DNA from: Octopus sinensis
Taxonomy: Eukaryota
NCBI RefSeq assembly: GCF_006345805.1
Contig: NC_042999.1
Coordinates: 63,178,001 to 63,242,000 of the forward strand
DNA: 64,000 bases
Direction of reading: 5' to 3'
Shown here: positions 62,531 through 64,000 of the stretch, piece by piece
How positions within the stretch are numbered: the first letter of the stretch is position 1
Layout of the letters: each line of letters begins with the position of its first letter
Position numbers and translations under genes: made by a program
The notes under the pieces: generated by a model
What the model saw: the letters and a program-made list of their open reading frames with translations, nothing else
Told to the model about the DNA's origin: nothing
The model's database searches: none

Positions 62531-62532
<2 letters not shown>
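62335..62532 (+). mobile_element. Penelope-like terminal remnant with a minimal hammerhead motif
   Basis: GTTT-CCGACGA-A-GAGC-TCC-GCTT-GAAA-CGT-T-AAAC, a T-rich 3' part, and a long adjoining (TA)n. Confidence 0.55.
62403..62437 (+). ncRNA. Putative minimal hammerhead ribozyme (U4C substitution)
   Basis: Stem I GTTT/AAAC, core CCGACGA, stem II GAGC/GCTT, GAAA, palindromic ACGT. Confidence 0.45.
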
Positions 62533-62760
<228 letters not shown>

Positions 62761-62913
62761 CAGGGGGTGCAAAAGTAAGTATACAGTATGTATCACATCA
62801 ATGCTATAATACTTAAATTAAAATTATAAGCACATTAAATTAGTTAGCCTCATTTTTGATATTTTCAGTGTCATTAATCATAATAATAGATTTATCATAA
62901 CTATGATCATAAC

Positions 62914-62974
<61 letters not shown>

Positions 62975-64000
62975 CTTCTTTTTTATTTAAAATTGTAGAG
63001 TGTGATTTGAGTGAGATTAGGCTGCATTTTCTAGACAGTCCAGTGCCTTTGTTGACTCTCAACTGGTTGACTCAAAATTAAACAGAAAACAAGAGAAGTT
63101 GGCTGCTGACCACACAGGAATGTGCCCTACCCCTATTGGGAGTGGGGTGGGGGAATTACAGTATCAGAGCAATTAACAATTAGCATGACTACTAGCATTT
63201 GGTATGCCTAATGGCTAGTGTGGAATGGGAAAGATGTGATAAAAAGAGAATTCTGTAGAGTGTGGGAGAAAGTGAGAGGAGAAGTAGAAGAGAGTAGAAA
63301 GAAAGAGGGGAGAGAGAAAACAGGTGAAGAGAAGAGGGGGTGAGGGAAAAGGTAGATGACAAGAGAATAGAGGGGGGGGGAGAAAGAGAAAGTGAGTACA
63401 GGAGTGAGCAAGTGTGTGTGTGTGTTTGAGTGCCTGTAGACAAATGAGGAATAGACAAGAAGAAAAAGGAAAGATTAATAGAGAAGAAAGAAATAGAGAA
63501 AAATAATGAGTGTCAAACTGATGGGAAGGGAGTCTGATGAAGATACAAAAATAAAGAGAATGAGAGAGAGGGAGAGAGAGAGAATTTGGTGGTGAAGAAA
63601 CTAAATTTATCCATGTTCTGAATACTCAAACAGGTTTCTGTGGAGAATGTCTATTTACACCATACACCCCACCTATACCCACATCACATTGCTTTCCAGT
63701 TTTTCTTGAAAATGATCCATGTATTTCTGTTTAATCCCTATTCATTGGGCTTGCCATAAGGAGAAGCCATGGCACATAACTACTGGTGGTAAAAGAAGGA
63801 ATTCGAAAAATTTCTCCAGAAAACACAAAACAAATTGTGTATGTAAGTGTAGTGTGTATGCACACAGACACACATTCACGTAAAGTTATATTTAACATGT
63901 TCGAGTGAATTTGAATGCGATAAGACCTTTTGCTGCAGAAGTAGTCCCTAGAAAGACAATTCTCCATTGAGACAAGTGAGAAAACACCTTCTTTGTTTTT

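Overview
This is AT-rich, microsatellite-laden animal genomic DNA, almost certainly octopus. That call rests on tRNA-derived SINE families resembling the octopus OR/OK types, and is inferred from recognition rather than a search. No host protein-coding gene can be confidently identified, and nearly all ORFs in the supplied track are microsatellite or repeat artefacts. The window contains: (i) one near full-length CR1-group LINE (~22.2-26.3 kb, minus) whose ORF1 combines a Myb/SANT-like trihelix with a CCCH zinc finger; (ii) degenerate RTE and Jockey-superfamily LINE fragments; (iii) dozens of SINEs from several modular families; (iv) MITEs of pogo/Tigger, mariner, piggyBac and hAT type; (v) non-autonomous Helitrons; (vi) two adjacent young tandem arrays (333 bp and 157 bp units); (vii) several Penelope-like remnants carrying hammerhead-ribozyme folds. 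The most interesting signals are a minimal hammerhead with a compensatory G3:C8 core swap inside a 119-bp palindrome, a covarying 3' stem-loop shared by the CR1 LINE and the dominant SINE family, and the unusual ORF1 domain architecture. All alignments and counts were made by eye, and SINE boundaries are approximate.
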